A stretch of 57,740 nucleotides of DNA, counting the filler, from Sphacelaria rigidula (taxonomy: Eukaryota), in assembly GCA_964200075.2 (NCBI GenBank). It is 8 parts of 8 records of this genome, joined end to end, with 100 filler letters (N's around TTAATTAATTAA, not from the genome) between each part and the next. Parts side by side here need not be neighbours in the genome. Positions count along the whole stretch, not along the records: positions 21,691 to 28,820 come from CAXNAA020016338.1; positions 28,921 to 36,050 come from CAXNAA020016339.1; positions 36,151 to 43,280 come from CAXNAA020016340.1; 5 more parts are not named here. One strand, written 5' to 3'. Both the position numbers and the translations under genes were made by a program. Position 1 is the first letter of the stretch; every line of letters starts with the position of its first letter. Shown here piece after piece: positions 24,300-36,900 of the stretch. The notes beneath the pieces are model-generated. The model was not told the DNA's origin. It ran no database searches and saw only the letters and a program-made list of their open reading frames with translations.

Positions 24300-24701
24300 C
24301 AGATTGTGGATGGATGTTTCATTTAGGATGAAAAACCGGAGGATCAAAATGTTCGGACCCACTCCAAATTTTCAAAATATAGCTCCACTCTTTCTCCTAC
24401 TGGTAGCTATTGACAACTACTACACGCTGTGCGAACTTGGATCCTGATAACCGACATGTTGGGGTCCCAGGTGAAGAAAAATTTTTGGGGAGCTTAAACT
24501 ATCCGATCAGATCGCCGAAATTCTTTCAAATGGTTTTTTACCTGGGACCCCAACAGTTCGGTTATCGAAATCCAATTTTTTGTGGCGTGTAGTAGTAACA
24601 GCAAGTGAAGAAATGGAATCATATTTCGAAGATTTGGTGAGGGTAGGATTATTTCAACTCTCTGGGTTTCTCATTCTCGATAAAAGAATCCATCCCCAGT
24701 T
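24300..24701. mobile_element. Foldback MITE (family of 32140-32584)
   Basis: Long imperfect palindrome centred near 24505 (GTTGGGGTCCCAGGT / ACCTGGGACCCCAAC). Confidence 0.7.
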
Positions 24702-25809
24702 GGTTACATCCCGTGCTGTGAGCTGATGTTAGTGTGGAGTCTCACCTATTGGCGGTCAAAGTGCAGAGCAATGATAACTTGGTTTCGATGAAGTGGTACC
24801 GAAAAGATCAAAGCATTCACGACGTCAGTTCACGACGCTGTATACTAACACCTACACAGCGTAAAACGGGAAGGGAAGGCTGGCAGTTTAAAAGTGCTTT
24901 CAAGATCTACAGGGAGACGCAGATGATTGAGGACGAGCAAGAGTTGTGCGTGCGCATGTGCGCACAGTGTGAAGGTTGTGACCGACGGTATTAGCTAACT
25001 TTATAACCTCATGTATGTGAGATCAAGGAGACCACAAATGGTCGGTGGTTATGAATGATCACCGACGGAGCCGTACAGGATGACAGAGCCGTCCGTCGAG
25101 GAAGCGATTCACGAGTAATGGATGAGGGCTCAAAAGCTGAGCGAATCGCACGGGGGAGTTGTTTGTGCGAGAAACTTGCACGGGTGGGTGTACTCGATAC
25201 AAGTGGTCCCTGAGTTGATTTTGCGCATGAAACGTCTAAAATAGGGCTGCCCCGTCTTATTTCTGCTGCATGATACAGGAGACATGTAATTCAGCAGTTG
25301 TAACCGAGTCTCACAAGTCCTGAACAATTTTCGGCCACACGTATGACGTTTCAAAGCGAACGCACCCTAAATTCGCCTTCTCAAGTTAGAGACAAAGGCA
25401 AGAGGCTACTACGTTGAGAGCCGTAAATAGAAGATCCGCCACTGCTGACACAACAGCAACAGCGACAGCGACAGCATACGAGGAATCTAGCACCAAAATG
25501 GTCGAGAGAGTAACCCCTTTTTATCAGAGAACACATGAGTGGACGGTGCGGGGGTAACGCGGAAACTGATATACCCCTGCTCTATTTGTGCGCGGGGTCT
25601 GCTGAACCCGTTGCAGGATAAATAAGGCAGGAACCAGAGCAGGCGGAAGAGAGCGTGGAGACAGAGCCTTTGAACGGTGAATGAAACACCAGAAGAGGTA
25701 AAGGGACACGAAGAGACGAAAGAAGAGAAGGAATGGAAGGTCAGCTCGGCAACCAGCAAAGGCCAGGCTCGCGCCAATCACACTGCTGCAAGGGGGATGC
25801 CTCGGTCCA

Positions 25810-28500
25810 AAGAGCTGGTAATTGCAACTTAAGATGTATACGAACCATGTCCGAGAGAGGAACCAACGGCGCAGGCCACGCAGAGCACCTGTGGCTTTTG
25901 CATCCAAATACAGCTGTGATTTCGTCGCCCTTCAAAGAAACATCGCGATGGAAGAACAACTCTCCACGCGCTTGAAGCAGGATACATCGTTCACTGCACC
26001 GGCCAATGTAATGGAAATGGGGGTAAACCGGGAACACTCGGAGTCGGCCTTGCCGTCAAGGAGTCTATCGTCAGCACGCTAGGCCCAGAAGCCATCATCC
26101 CCGGACACGTGAGTGCCAGGGTCCTGAAGGTACGAGTAGCCTTCAGGCATAAAGTTGCCACAACGTTCATCGTAGGGGATGCTCCCACTGAGACAGCACA
26201 CGGCTCTGAAAAGACCAAGTTCTGGAGGACACTCAGTAGTTTCACAGCTGAAGTGCCCCGCAACGAACATTTGATACTCATGATTGATGCCAACACTCGT
26301 ACTGGAAAGAGGAGGCACGGATGATATTCGGGTGTTGGGAGACTATGGTAGTGCTCCGTTCCCATCACCAGGGCTGTGCCAACACATTTAGTCCTTGGAA
26401 CTGGGAGGGAGGAAGGGGTGCGGCTCACCCTACGTTTGGAATGCGACTGGTAAATTGTCGCGGGACAATCAAGCTATCCCCCAACGGTGGAAGGGGTGGC
26501 TCGAAACGCTCCTGAACGCAACCTCGACTACAATCGACCACATGCTCTCAATCTCATCAGACAGATGCCGCGGCACGCACCGCTCTTGGCTGAGCCCTTG
26601 ATGGAAAAAGTGAAGGAAGCAGCGGGAGAGCTAGTGAACGGCACGGCCATTACGACGGACAGTATATGTAGTGAACTGTTTAAGCTCGACCGCACCGAGG
26701 AATTTGCCGTCCTGAAGTGCCTCCGCAACGGCGTGCCGCCGTGTGGCATCACGAGATAGTGCCGCAGGTATAAAAATATACCATCATCAAGGTCATTTTC
26801 TAGAACTAGGGCCCGCACGAAGACAGCAACTACCGTGGTATTTCGTTAGGGTCCCACGCGAGCAGGGTGGTTCTCAAGATAGTCGCGACTTGCTTCACTG
26901 CCTACTGGAACCGCCCCCCCCCCGGTGGTGTGATGGTCCGACTGTCGCTATTAGGGTGGAGAGAACGAGGGTGCGATTCCCGATGCGTTGGGTTTTCTCC
27001 TCGTAGTATCAGATTTCTACCGTGGAAAGCGTGGTAACGTGAGTGAACAAAGTATTCGACCGAGTTTGTTTGGCGTGAGGTGACGCGGTGCGGGAGTGGT
27101 GATAGTCATGACCCAATCTGCGAAACCAAACGCAAGGCGTGTAGCGGAGAGATATGGGTTGATCCCTTGAGACCGTAGACTCGTCCCGGGGAAGGGGAGG
27201 GGTTCGAATTGCGACAAATGAAACAAAATAATAAATAAAAAACCTTGCGACTGGACGGGAATCCTCCGAGAAGCTCATTGCGGCTTTCGACCCGGCCGGT
27301 GACAGTCGACATGATGTACGTTGTGTGCAGACCCCAAGAACTGACCAGAGACAAGAACCTTGCGCTGTACATGTGCTTCATCTAGCTTCAAAAGGCATAC
27401 GAGTCCGTGGACCGCTCTTCTCTGGAAGGTGCAAGCACGATACGGTATCCCCGTCAAGATGATTTCCACCATCCCCCAGTTCCGCGAGAGCATGCAGGCA
27501 TGCGTACGCCTTGACGGCGGCGAGGCGTCTGAGTGGCTTCACGTTAACCAGGGCCTCCGCCGAGGCTGTGTGTTTTCCCCTGGTTTGCTCAGCATCTTCT
27601 TCGGGGCGGTGCTGACGGTGACGTTCGACCGCTCCTTCATCAACAAAGCGGGGTGAAGAGTTTCATCCGTATCTCTGAAAGGGGTGGAGAGACCAGGGAC
27701 GAACTCAGCAAAGTGCTTTGGGCCGGGCTATACGCCGATGACGCTGGCATCGCCTCGCGATCTCAAGCAAACCTGTCAAAGATGAGGGTGGCAGCCATCG
27801 AAGTATGTGCGGCATTCGGCCTCCACGTGGCGGAAAATAATGCGGTCACCGCGCACCTGTGCTCCCCGAACATGAAGGCGGATGAGATCGAGGTGGAGGC
27901 GGCGGACCAAAAGTACAAGCAAGTTGAGCCATTCGCATATCCCGGCGGGAAAATCGGCAGCATTGGCGATGTCATTCCTGAGATCCACAGCCGCGTTGGC
28001 TTCGCAGTTGGACTATTTGTTACACTGAAGGCTAACGTGATTGAGGTGATGCTATACGGCTGCGTGACCCGGACGATCGCACACGACAACTTCGGAGCGT
28101 TACGAGAGGCCCACCAGAGGTGCCTGTTGAGGTGCCTCGACAAACATATCTCAAGCCGCAGCGCCCCTGACTACCACATCCTGCCATACCACGAGATCTC
28201 CCAAAGACCTGGCTGCGAGTGCATGGAGGCTACCGCGGAGAGGAGAATCCTCATGCACGCCGGCTGCGTTTTGCGCACGCACGATGAACGCCTCCCCAAC
28301 ATAGTCATGAGTGGAGTGATGGTCGGAGGGAAGACTAAGGCAGGCCGACCAGCAAGACGCTACAACACTGTGTCACGAAATACTTCTCCAACCTAGGGAT
28401 GAACGCGACATCGTAGACGCAGGTTGCCCAACATGTTTCTGAATGGTCCCGAATCGTCAAGGAGGAGGCAAAGATGTACATGGCAGCCTGGACCAATGCA
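25810..28500 (+). mobile_element. Degenerate RTE-clade LINE (APE endonuclease plus reverse transcriptase)
   Basis: CDFVALQ, GVGLAVKES, DAPTE, MIDANTRTG (APE); NYRGISL, CGFRPGR, QKAYESVDR, QGLRRGCVFSP, YADDA (RT); many stops and frameshifts; interrupted by a SINE. Confidence 0.92.
26914..27242 (+). mobile_element. tRNA-derived SINE inserted in the LINE RT region
   Basis: Head CCCCGGTGGTGTGATGGTC (A box), GTGCGATTCCC (B box), A-rich tail; homologous to 28950-29277 (rc). Confidence 0.8.
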
Positions 28501-28820
28501 CGCCATATGCTAGGGAATTGATTGCTGTGCTACCGCTGGAGTTTCCCCAGTACCTATCGAGGACATTCGAAACGAAACCAGTAGGTCGTCGCGCAGTACA
28601 CTCGCTGATGAATCTGCTGTTTTCCGAACAGCTGTGGTATTTGTCCATGAGGATGCCTAAGGTTGTTGGGTTGACGGTTGAGTTGGCGTCCATTCTAATC
28701 CCTCTTGTCTCTTCTGTCGTTTATACTATTTCCCGTTTTCTTCCGCACACTATATTTAACAGTGTTTTCGTGAGATTGAGAGTAGATGATACGATTGAGA
28801 GTGAAAAGCGGTCAATCAGT

Positions 28821-28920
28821 NNNNNNNNNNNNNNNNNNNNNNNNNNNNNNNNNNNNNNNNNNNNTTAATTAATTAANNNNNNNNNNNNNNNNNNNNNNNN
28901 NNNNNNNNNNNNNNNNNNNN
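28821..28920. other. Artificial contig linker
   Basis: N44-TTAATTAATTAA-N44. Confidence 0.99.
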
Positions 28921-28949
28921 AGGCGAGCAGTCGGACGAGCACTTCAGTG

Positions 28950-29277
28950 TATATATATATATATATATAATTCTTTTCCTCACATTTTGAGCCCCTCCCC
29001 TTCCTCGAGATGAATCTGTAGTCTAAAGAGATCAACACATCTCTCCCCCGGTACGCGCCTTTCATTTTAGTCTCGCGGATTGGGTCATGACTATCAGCAT
29101 TCCCCCACCGCGTCAACTCACGTCAAACAAACTCAACCAACTACTTTCTTTACTCACGTTCTCACGCTATTCGCGGTGGGAATCATACATTACGACGAAA
29201 AAACCCAATGCATCGGGAATCGAACTCCCATTATCTCCACCCTAATGGCGACAGTCGGACCATTACACCACCGGGGC
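28950..29277 (-). mobile_element. tRNA-derived SINE
   Basis: Minus strand GCCCCGGTGGTGTAATGGTC...GGGAGTTCGATTCCC (A and B boxes), tail running into (TA)n. Confidence 0.82.
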
Positions 29278-32139
29278 GCGGCAGTGTACACGTGAAAAAA
29301 CCCTTGCATGTAACCTCAAAACCTTATGACGGGCGGGTGTTGGGTTCCAATCTCGGTGAAGTCACACGATCTGGGATTTTTTTCTCACACCATATCTAAC
29401 AGTGGGGAAGGGAGGGGGGGGGGTACTCATGATCTTGCATGCCATAGTCGTATGGCGATTGATGCCTAACAGTGGGCAGCGACCATATCGTCGTTACAAA
29501 AAAATCAACATTCGACGTGACTGTCGACGAGGGAAAGGGGCCGCTGTACCCCCCTCGCGATAAAAAATAAGGCAAGCATCGCAGAAGGAAGGTGGGTTAC
29601 CGAAGCAAAGTTAAAAAAAACCCTGTGTTGGTCTTCGTCCTGTGTGACCCCAACTGATGCGCTCACATGTATCGGAAGGTGTAGACTGGCATCCAGAGAA
29701 GATGGAATGGCAACACACAACACACGCATACATGTATGTCTATGTAAAACGACGTCACGACCAAGATCCAAACCCACTGAGCACCAAGGGGATTGATGGG
29801 CATGGAGCAAGCGAACGAAACTGCGCAAGCAGGGTTGGAGTGGATTGGAGGTCGGCGCATACGGTTCTCACTCCACTCTATTCCTTCGATTTGGATGATT
29901 AGATTGGAATAGCAGAAACCGGACGCGGTTTCTTTATTTTTGACTGAGATCGGAGTGAAGGAAGAAGAGAGTGGAAGCTAGATCAGCCGTAAGAGCACCA
30001 ACACTGATACCCTACCTGTATGGTCTGCATTTTATCAGGTATGCCTGGAATTAACACGAGTGCCGAATGAAGAGCGCCGAATGAAGTACGTGAAACGCTA
30101 GATTTCCATGAGATGAGGGAGTTTCGAAGACGGACGTGCATGATCAAGGGCAATGGTGACGACCCCTCCCCACCCCCCACCCCCAGGAATAGCGGATCGA
30201 GGCAGACGCTAGAACACAGAGAGAACGGATCAAACAGAAGCCGAATAGTATCATAGTGTGTAATTTGCCAATATTAAAAATAATGTAAAGTCGCAATGAA
30301 TGTCATTTTGCAGTTGTATGGTAAGCACGGGGGCAGAATAGTTCACAGTAGAGTACTGCTTCCCACAATGAAGATACTGTTTGTGTCCACCACTACATGC
30401 AGTAGTTTATTATTTCTCCAACGTAGTGTAATATATATATATATATATCATGGCAGCATTTCTCATCCCAATCATCCCGAGGAACCCCTCTCATGCGGTA
30501 CTACCGACCTGTACCTCCAACTCATAGTACGCACATAAGATACACGTGGGAGATGACATGGGGGATGAGTAGGCGAAAATTTCGCTGTAGAAGCGGTTAG
30601 ATAGTGCTTTTAGGGTACCCGGCAATTTTGTCACCGTGGTTCCACGGTGTGACTGAATCTCACTAGTATAATATATTTATGAAAAGTGTCTGACGAACAC
30701 GTGCAATGCAAGGCGATTCAACCTTGAAGTGACGCACCCACATTCGAGTTGTAGGCATAGTTCAGTATTTTTCCAGCAGGGAAGACACAATACGCATTTT
30801 GCAGGTAAAACAATTCTCGTTGTCGTAAGATTTGACGTCAAGTTCTCTTATAGGTTCTACGACATAGAAGCAATATTCCCGTGCTGCTTACGTCTCCAAG
30901 CCTGCTTATTTCATCGGAGACGTTGCGGGGCATGCGTTGCAATGGGTTCTATCTATAGCTCTATACCGCGATGAACTCAGGGGTGCACGGAGGGGAGATA
31001 ATCACACTGACGGAGACGACGCCCATGATATGCAGTGGCAACACCATCTGGAAAATGCGAAATTTATACAATAGCTGAAAAGACAAGCGCAAAAATAGAT
31101 GACCAACACCCGGTGCGTATAGAGCAGTGAAAACGCCGAGACCCATTGGACTGAATTTCCAAGCTTTGAATGAGCTCTTGTCAGAAGGGATGATCGAAAT
31201 TTCCAAGGGTGTACCCGATAGTCATACTCAGTATTTTGAAAAGTCGTAGTCTTAGTACCCAAACGGTTGGGTAGAGTATTGAAATCGTACTCAATCTACT
31301 CAAAATTTGGGTAGAGCATTAAAATCGTACCCGACTTACCCAATTTTTGGGTATAATATTGAGGTCATTCCCAAGTGATACTCCATACCCAGGTAGTGCT
31401 GAGAGAGCTTACCCAGCATTTGGGCAGAGTATTTGAGGCCGCACCCAATCTACCCAAAATTGGGTAAAATGTTGAGATTATACCCAAGTGATATTCTCTA
31501 CCCAAGAGTTTCTGAGAGTGGTCACCCAGTATTCGGGTAGAGTGTTCAGATCATACCCAATCTACCCAAAATGTGGGTAAAGTATTGAGGCCGTACCCGG
31601 TCTACTTAAACCTTGGGTAGAGTGAATACCCGGATATTTGATCCCAGTATTCAAAAGTACATATCCTACCCGACCTGCCCTTGAAGTATACTGCTCAATG
31701 AGGGGCCGATGGGCTCATGCAACTGCCCGCTTTTTGTTTTTTATGACCAGCGTTCGCTCATTTTTATGGTGGCCTGTGATGTGACGTCACTCATCTCATT
31801 GGTGGTCATCGTTCGCCCACATATTCAAGGTAGTCTGTGAAGTGACGTCACGAAGTCACCGACGGTCCGGGTTCTCATCATACCCAAGTGATGCTCTGTA
31901 CCTGAGTACTGCTGAGATTACTTACCCAATATTCCGATAGAGTATCGAAATCGTACCCAATCTACCCAAAATATGGGTAGAGCATTAGAGATCGTATCCA
32001 ATCTACCCAATATTTGGGTAGAGTAGTAGAGATCGTACCCAAGTGATATTCTATTATACGTGAGGTATTGCTGAGAATTCTAACCCAAATTTGGGTAAAG
32101 TATAGAGGTCGTGTCTCATCTACCCCAAATCTGGGTAGA

Positions 32140-32584
32140 AACAGCCGATCGATCATCAAAATTGGGGATGAAGCATTCCATTGAGGATGAGGACCCGGAG
32201 GATCTTAATCTTCGTATCCACACCAAATCTTCGAAATATGGTTCCATTCCTTCACCTACTGGTAGCTATTGAGTAGAACTACACGCCATACAAATTTGGA
32301 TTTTGACAACCGAAATGTTGGGGTCCTAGGTGGAAATCGATTTGGGGGAACTTCGGCGATCCGATTGCATTACCCAAACCCAAAGTTGTTTCTTCATCTA
32401 GGACCCTAACATTTTTGGTTATCGACATCCGAAGTCGTAGGGCGTGTAGCAGTTATTGATAGCTACCAGTAGGTGAAGGGGGTGAGCCATATTTCTAAGG
32501 TTTGGTGTGGATACGAAGTTTTTAATCATGCGGCTTCTCATCCTCAATGAATAGCTCCATCCTCAATTTCGATGATCAGCTGTT
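32140..32584. mobile_element. ~445-bp foldback MITE nested in the hAT-like element
   Basis: AACAGC..ATCAAAATTGGGGATG / CATCCTCAATTTCGATGATCAGCTGTT; interrupts a GGGTAGAGTAT unit with TAGA (or AG) duplicated. Confidence 0.8.
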
Positions 32585-32784
32585 TAGAGTATATAAACCG
32601 TACCCAAATTACTCAGAATTTGGGTAGAGTATTCAAGTCATACCCCGACAATACTCCATACCAAGGTATTTGCTGAGAGTGCTTACCCAATATTTGGGTA
32701 GAGTATTGAAGTCATACCCAATCTACCCAAACCTTGGGTAGGGTATTTGTGGTCGTACCCAATCTACCCAAAATTTGGGTATAA

Positions 32785-32893
32785 TGTGTCTGGTAAGGAA
32801 TAGCAGGGACGGTATTGGAAAGGCGAGCCTACGTCTGTGACCACGGGTTCGCGAGATCGGACTAATGTGCGGAAATAATAATAATAATAATAA
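32785..32893 (+). mobile_element. 5'-truncated retroposon end with (TAA)n tail
   Basis: Interrupts a repeat unit; near-identical copy at 8095-8200 (rc). Confidence 0.75.
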
Positions 32894-33247
32894 ATTAAGG
32901 CCGTACCCATTCTACCCATATTTGGGTAGAGTAAACACTCGGGTATTTGAAACGAGTTTTCAAAACTACATACCCTACCCGACCTACCCTTGGAAAGTGC
33001 CATGAGGGCGGTGTGGAACGTTACAAAGTTTCGGTGGCCATTGCTCTGCAGGAGCTACAAAGTAGTTTTGCACCACTTCGATATTCACATGTTATGGCCA
33101 TTGGCATGTGATCTAATCGGATGACCCGGAGTACAATTTCGATGTACATTAACAATGCCGCTTGCTTTTCATATCAATTCTTTGCTGCAATATGTGGCGC
33201 CTTCTTCCCTGATAGATATCGCATACTTTATGTTCAGTTCTTATCAG

Positions 33248-33524
33248 GGAGGAAAATGTCATGGCCTCAAGACATCCCTCGCGTCCTTCGGCGCACCTAC
33301 GTACCGCAACCCCACCCGCCGTTCACAGTGCGCAAGAAGCAACCTTCTCGGCTGGCGGGCTAGCTCTCGCCCTCGCATATCTGTCACTAGAAGGCGCCCA
33401 GCGTGCTCAGAATGCCCCGCCGCTAGTAGCGGCTAGATCAGCGGGGTTATTGGCAAGATTGGCGCAACACCCCCCTGCCCTCGAGGCCATGTCCCGACCA
33501 GGAGTCGTTGAGCGGATTATGAAG
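33248..33524 (+). CDS. ARM-repeat protein (TTC12/UNC-45-like), internal exon; acceptor uncertain (33248 or 33329)
   Basis: AGGLALALAYL..AARSAGLLARLAQHP..PGVVERIMK|GTTCGA. Confidence 0.6.
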
Positions 33525-34531
33525 GTTCGACGACATCTTTTATATTCCCTGCTTGGAAATGTGCGGATTCCCGTAGAACTTACCCGGTGTGACGTGCGAG
33601 TTCAGTGTCGCTCGTAGATTCCCTAGCTACGCCCCTATCGACCCCCACCGCCACCTAGCGCGTGGTGATGCTTCTGCAGAGTTTTGCGGCGATGGATGTA
33701 TCCATCGTTTGCGATCATACGCGGTCCAAGAGAACGAAACAAGAACTGCACGATGAGGGTTTTCTCCTCTCCATGCCTCTTATCCTATAGGCGATTGACT
33801 CTTTCACTGGCTTGCAACCTTAGCGACGTTCCTAGCTGAGTCCGTACGCATGTTTTGCGTGTTCTTGGCATCCCATTTCTCTCTTTCCCTCTCTCTCTTT
33901 GTGTGTATGTTGACGGTGTCACCACTTTTTATTTTTCATCGGGACTAAGCTTCGTGTTTTCATAATCCTTTCTTTCCCGTTCTCTTCCCATTCTTCTTGA
34001 TATTTTTTCTGTTTTTTCCCGTCGTTTTCGTTCACTTTACACCATTCGTTCTGTCATTTCCCCCCCCTCCTTTATCGTTTCCCTTTGTCGAGTGTATTTC
34101 ACCATGTGTCTTCGCTTCGTTTACCTTGGGTACTTATATCTTGTCACGTAGCCACGGCTGAATTCCTCGGGGATTGCTTAATGTGTGACAATCAATCACC
34201 CATCCGTCCAATCAATCAATCAAGCATGCATCCATCCAACCAACCAACCAATCGATCCAACAATCACTCACTCACTCAATACCATTTTTAAATACACTAA
34301 ATTCTTCGTAACGGGAAGGAAATCGCACCTCGAACACTACGGGATGCTATCATCACTATGATCACTACTATTTGTTGGCAACTGCCATCAACCACCCTTG
34401 AGAGATGTGGTGAGGTTGGTGGTAGTGTAGGGCCGGATTGTCCTACTGGGAGTTGCTGCGATATCACATGGCCGCTTTCAGGGATACTATCGTCCTGTCA
34501 CCGCTCCCGCTTTCCGTGCCTGAATCTACAG

Positions 34532-35101
34532 GCAATTGTACGCAGTGCATCGCTTGGAGGGAACCTATATAACAACGCCTCGGGGAACACCAGGTCCCCA
34601 CCAACCTCGACCGCCGCTGCTTCCATCGAGCGTGAAAATCTAGTCCGCATTCTTGCAACTATTCTTCGCGCCTCCTCAGCATCCAGCGTCCATCGTATAG
34701 CTTCGGAAAGGGTGGGCATACGGGCACCATCGTCCAACGTGCAAGACAAGAGCTGTACGCAAGAAACCGGCGTCGAAATATCTAAGGAATCGATCAAGAA
34801 TACGCCGGTCTGTGAAGGTGTAGGTGGAGTCGAAGCTAGGCCACTCGAACCACCAAAGCGGCAGGAACACACAGAGGGAGTGGTGCGATACGCCGTGAAA
34901 GCTGCGGAGCAGCAGGCTTTGGCACAAGCGTTGATAGAGTTCCTGCCACCTGCACGTTCCGATGGGGTGCACGGTATTACGAGATATTCTGTGTCATTGA
35001 TACCAGAGTGGAGTGCACCTCCTTCACTAACAGCCAACGTGTGCGGGTGTCTCCTGCATCTGCTCGGGGATAGCAGCGCTGGCGAGAATGTCGCGAATCA
35101 G
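34532..35101 (+). CDS. ARM-repeat protein (TTC12/UNC-45-like), internal exon
   Basis: CTACAG| 190 open codons (ERENLVRILATIL..LTANVCGCLLHLL) CAG|GTATCA; phase 0/0. Confidence 0.7.
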
Positions 35102-35696
35102 GTATCATGACGCAGCTGATGTGTGTTGCACAATACTGAGTGATGCCGTTGTTCTTTGCACACCCGTGCTAGAACTGTTGTCTGGAAGTAGTTGTGTCTA
35201 AAGGAACCCCAGAGTACGATGACCTCATCGGCAAAAGTGAATATATGTGTTGAATACATTGCAAAACTAGGTAGACGATACTAGCGGGTTGCTGGGCAAT
35301 TACGTTCCTATATTTTTATACGAGAACTGGATGGACTCGCAGAGCATATGTTTTGAGGGTTACGGCAGAACATGAATGACAAAGATCCGATGGTTCATGG
35401 AGTAGATGGTCCAAGGAGTAGTCGGCGGTCTACTTTACAACGAGCCCAAATGATGTTTGCTGAAGGATATAGATCGCTTTGCAGCTTCTGAGCAACGGAG
35501 AACAAGTACCGTACAATGGATCGGGTTCAGGAGCTCTCGGAAGAGTCACCCGACTGACGAACCGATGGTTCACCATATAGTACGGCTGAAGTTGCGTGAC
35601 TCGCATTTGCCGCGAGTTTTACCGAAGGCTCAGTAGATATATATCGCCAAGCAAAAGCCGTCTTTTTCCCTTCCCGTCTCCGGTATGCAAATGAAG

Positions 35697-35828
35697 GTGG
35701 TGGAAGTTGGAGGCATCCCTCGCTTGATCAGTCTTTTCGCCAATTCGGGAGGGATTGCTGCCCTCACGACTCGAAAAAACGCGGCCATCTGCTTGGCAAA
35801 ACTGGCTCGCAATCCTCGTCACAAAAAG
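35697..35828 (+). CDS. ARM-repeat protein (TTC12/UNC-45-like), near C-terminal exon
   Basis: AAG| VVEVGGIPRLISL..RKNAAICLAKLARNPRHKK |GTAAGT; clear ARM repeat. Confidence 0.78.
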
Positions 35829-36050
35829 GTAAGTTCTACTTCGCAAGTTGTACACGAAAATACGCGTGAAAGTGTTCACGAGTGCCCATCTTCTGAGTGA
35901 TCCTTCGGTGCGGTGGGAGGGGGGAGTGTACTCGTGATCATGCATGCCACAGTCATAAGACCATAGACCTTGCACCTCACATGCGGGGGGGGGGGGGGGG
36001 GGTACGCGGTATCATGCATGCCATAGTCGGAAGACCATCGACCTTGCACC

Positions 36051-36150
36051 NNNNNNNNNNNNNNNNNNNNNNNNNNNNNNNNNNNNNNNNNNNNTTAATT
36101 AATTAANNNNNNNNNNNNNNNNNNNNNNNNNNNNNNNNNNNNNNNNNNNN
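36051..36150. other. Artificial contig linker
   Basis: N44-TTAATTAATTAA-N44. Confidence 0.99.
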
Positions 36151-36739
36151 AGAAAAAAAAGAGGAGAGAGGGGAGGGGAGAGGGGGAGGGGGCGGGGGGG
36201 GGGGGGGGGGGGGAAAGGGGGGGAGGAGGGAGGGGGTGCCCAGGCGAAACAAAAAAGACAAGAACCCACGAGGAAGAACAGATGAATAAAATCAGAGATA
36301 GGAACAAAACAGAATACTCCACGTATCTCGCGTAGGCTGTGATGAGTTGGTGCTGGTACTGTCGGTACATCTCGGCCCGCAGCTTTCGCGCGCCCTATCG
36401 CTGCCTCTGCCTCATCCTTTTGGCATCATTCCCAGTAGAGCTGACGAAATGTGTACGTGAACAATGCTTGGTACTCGATTTTACTTTATTTTAGAATGAA
36501 GAAAGTTGTGAGAAAAGTTATGACTTCGGACAGGTGAGCAGTGGTGAGTAGACCCAGCTCGTCCAGAACGTGTTGTGGTCCAAAATCGGCTCAAAGGTGT
36601 CGATTCGAGCTCTGGCAACGCACCAGTAGTCTACTGGACGCTTCGCGCCCATCCTGCCCGAGGGTTCTCGGTATCCCTTGGTTAGGGCTAGCATTAGGGT
36701 TGGCGGTATCCCCATAGTACCAACCATTGTTTATGTACA

Positions 36740-36900
36740 TTTCGTCAGATCCTCTCATCAGTCCACCATAAAGCTTTCTGCTCCCCGTTCAACGCAGCTG
36801 TGCCACTCTACCGCATCTGAGGCTCTGGTAGTCCACCCCCGCCATTCGATACTGAACGCCTTCATGTCATCCGCGAGGCAAAGGGTCCAGTCATTGTACC
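36740..36900 (-). mobile_element. 3' fragment of an RTE-type LINE ORF
   Basis: WTLCLADDMKAFSIEWRGWTTRASDAVEWHSCVERGAESFM resembles the Trp-rich RTE C-terminus. Confidence 0.55.

Larger units (their letters stand above)
31204..32992. mobile_element. Composite non-autonomous hAT-like element with ~35-bp palindromic internal repeats
   Basis: CAAGGGT...ACCCTTG termini, degenerate 8-bp TSD GAAATTTC/GAAAGTGC, extra internal end at ~31683; many TACCCAAAATTTGGGTAGAG units; short relative at 46059. Confidence 0.7.

Noticed and set aside
29200..29277. tRNA gene
   Set aside because: A/B boxes only, no convincing cloverleaf, and it continues into a SINE body shared with 26914-27242.
31260..32940. CRISPR-like array of ~35-bp palindromic repeats
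   Set aside because: Units are degenerate and contiguous with no unique spacers, there are no cas genes, and the array is bounded by transposon-type termini in a eukaryotic context.
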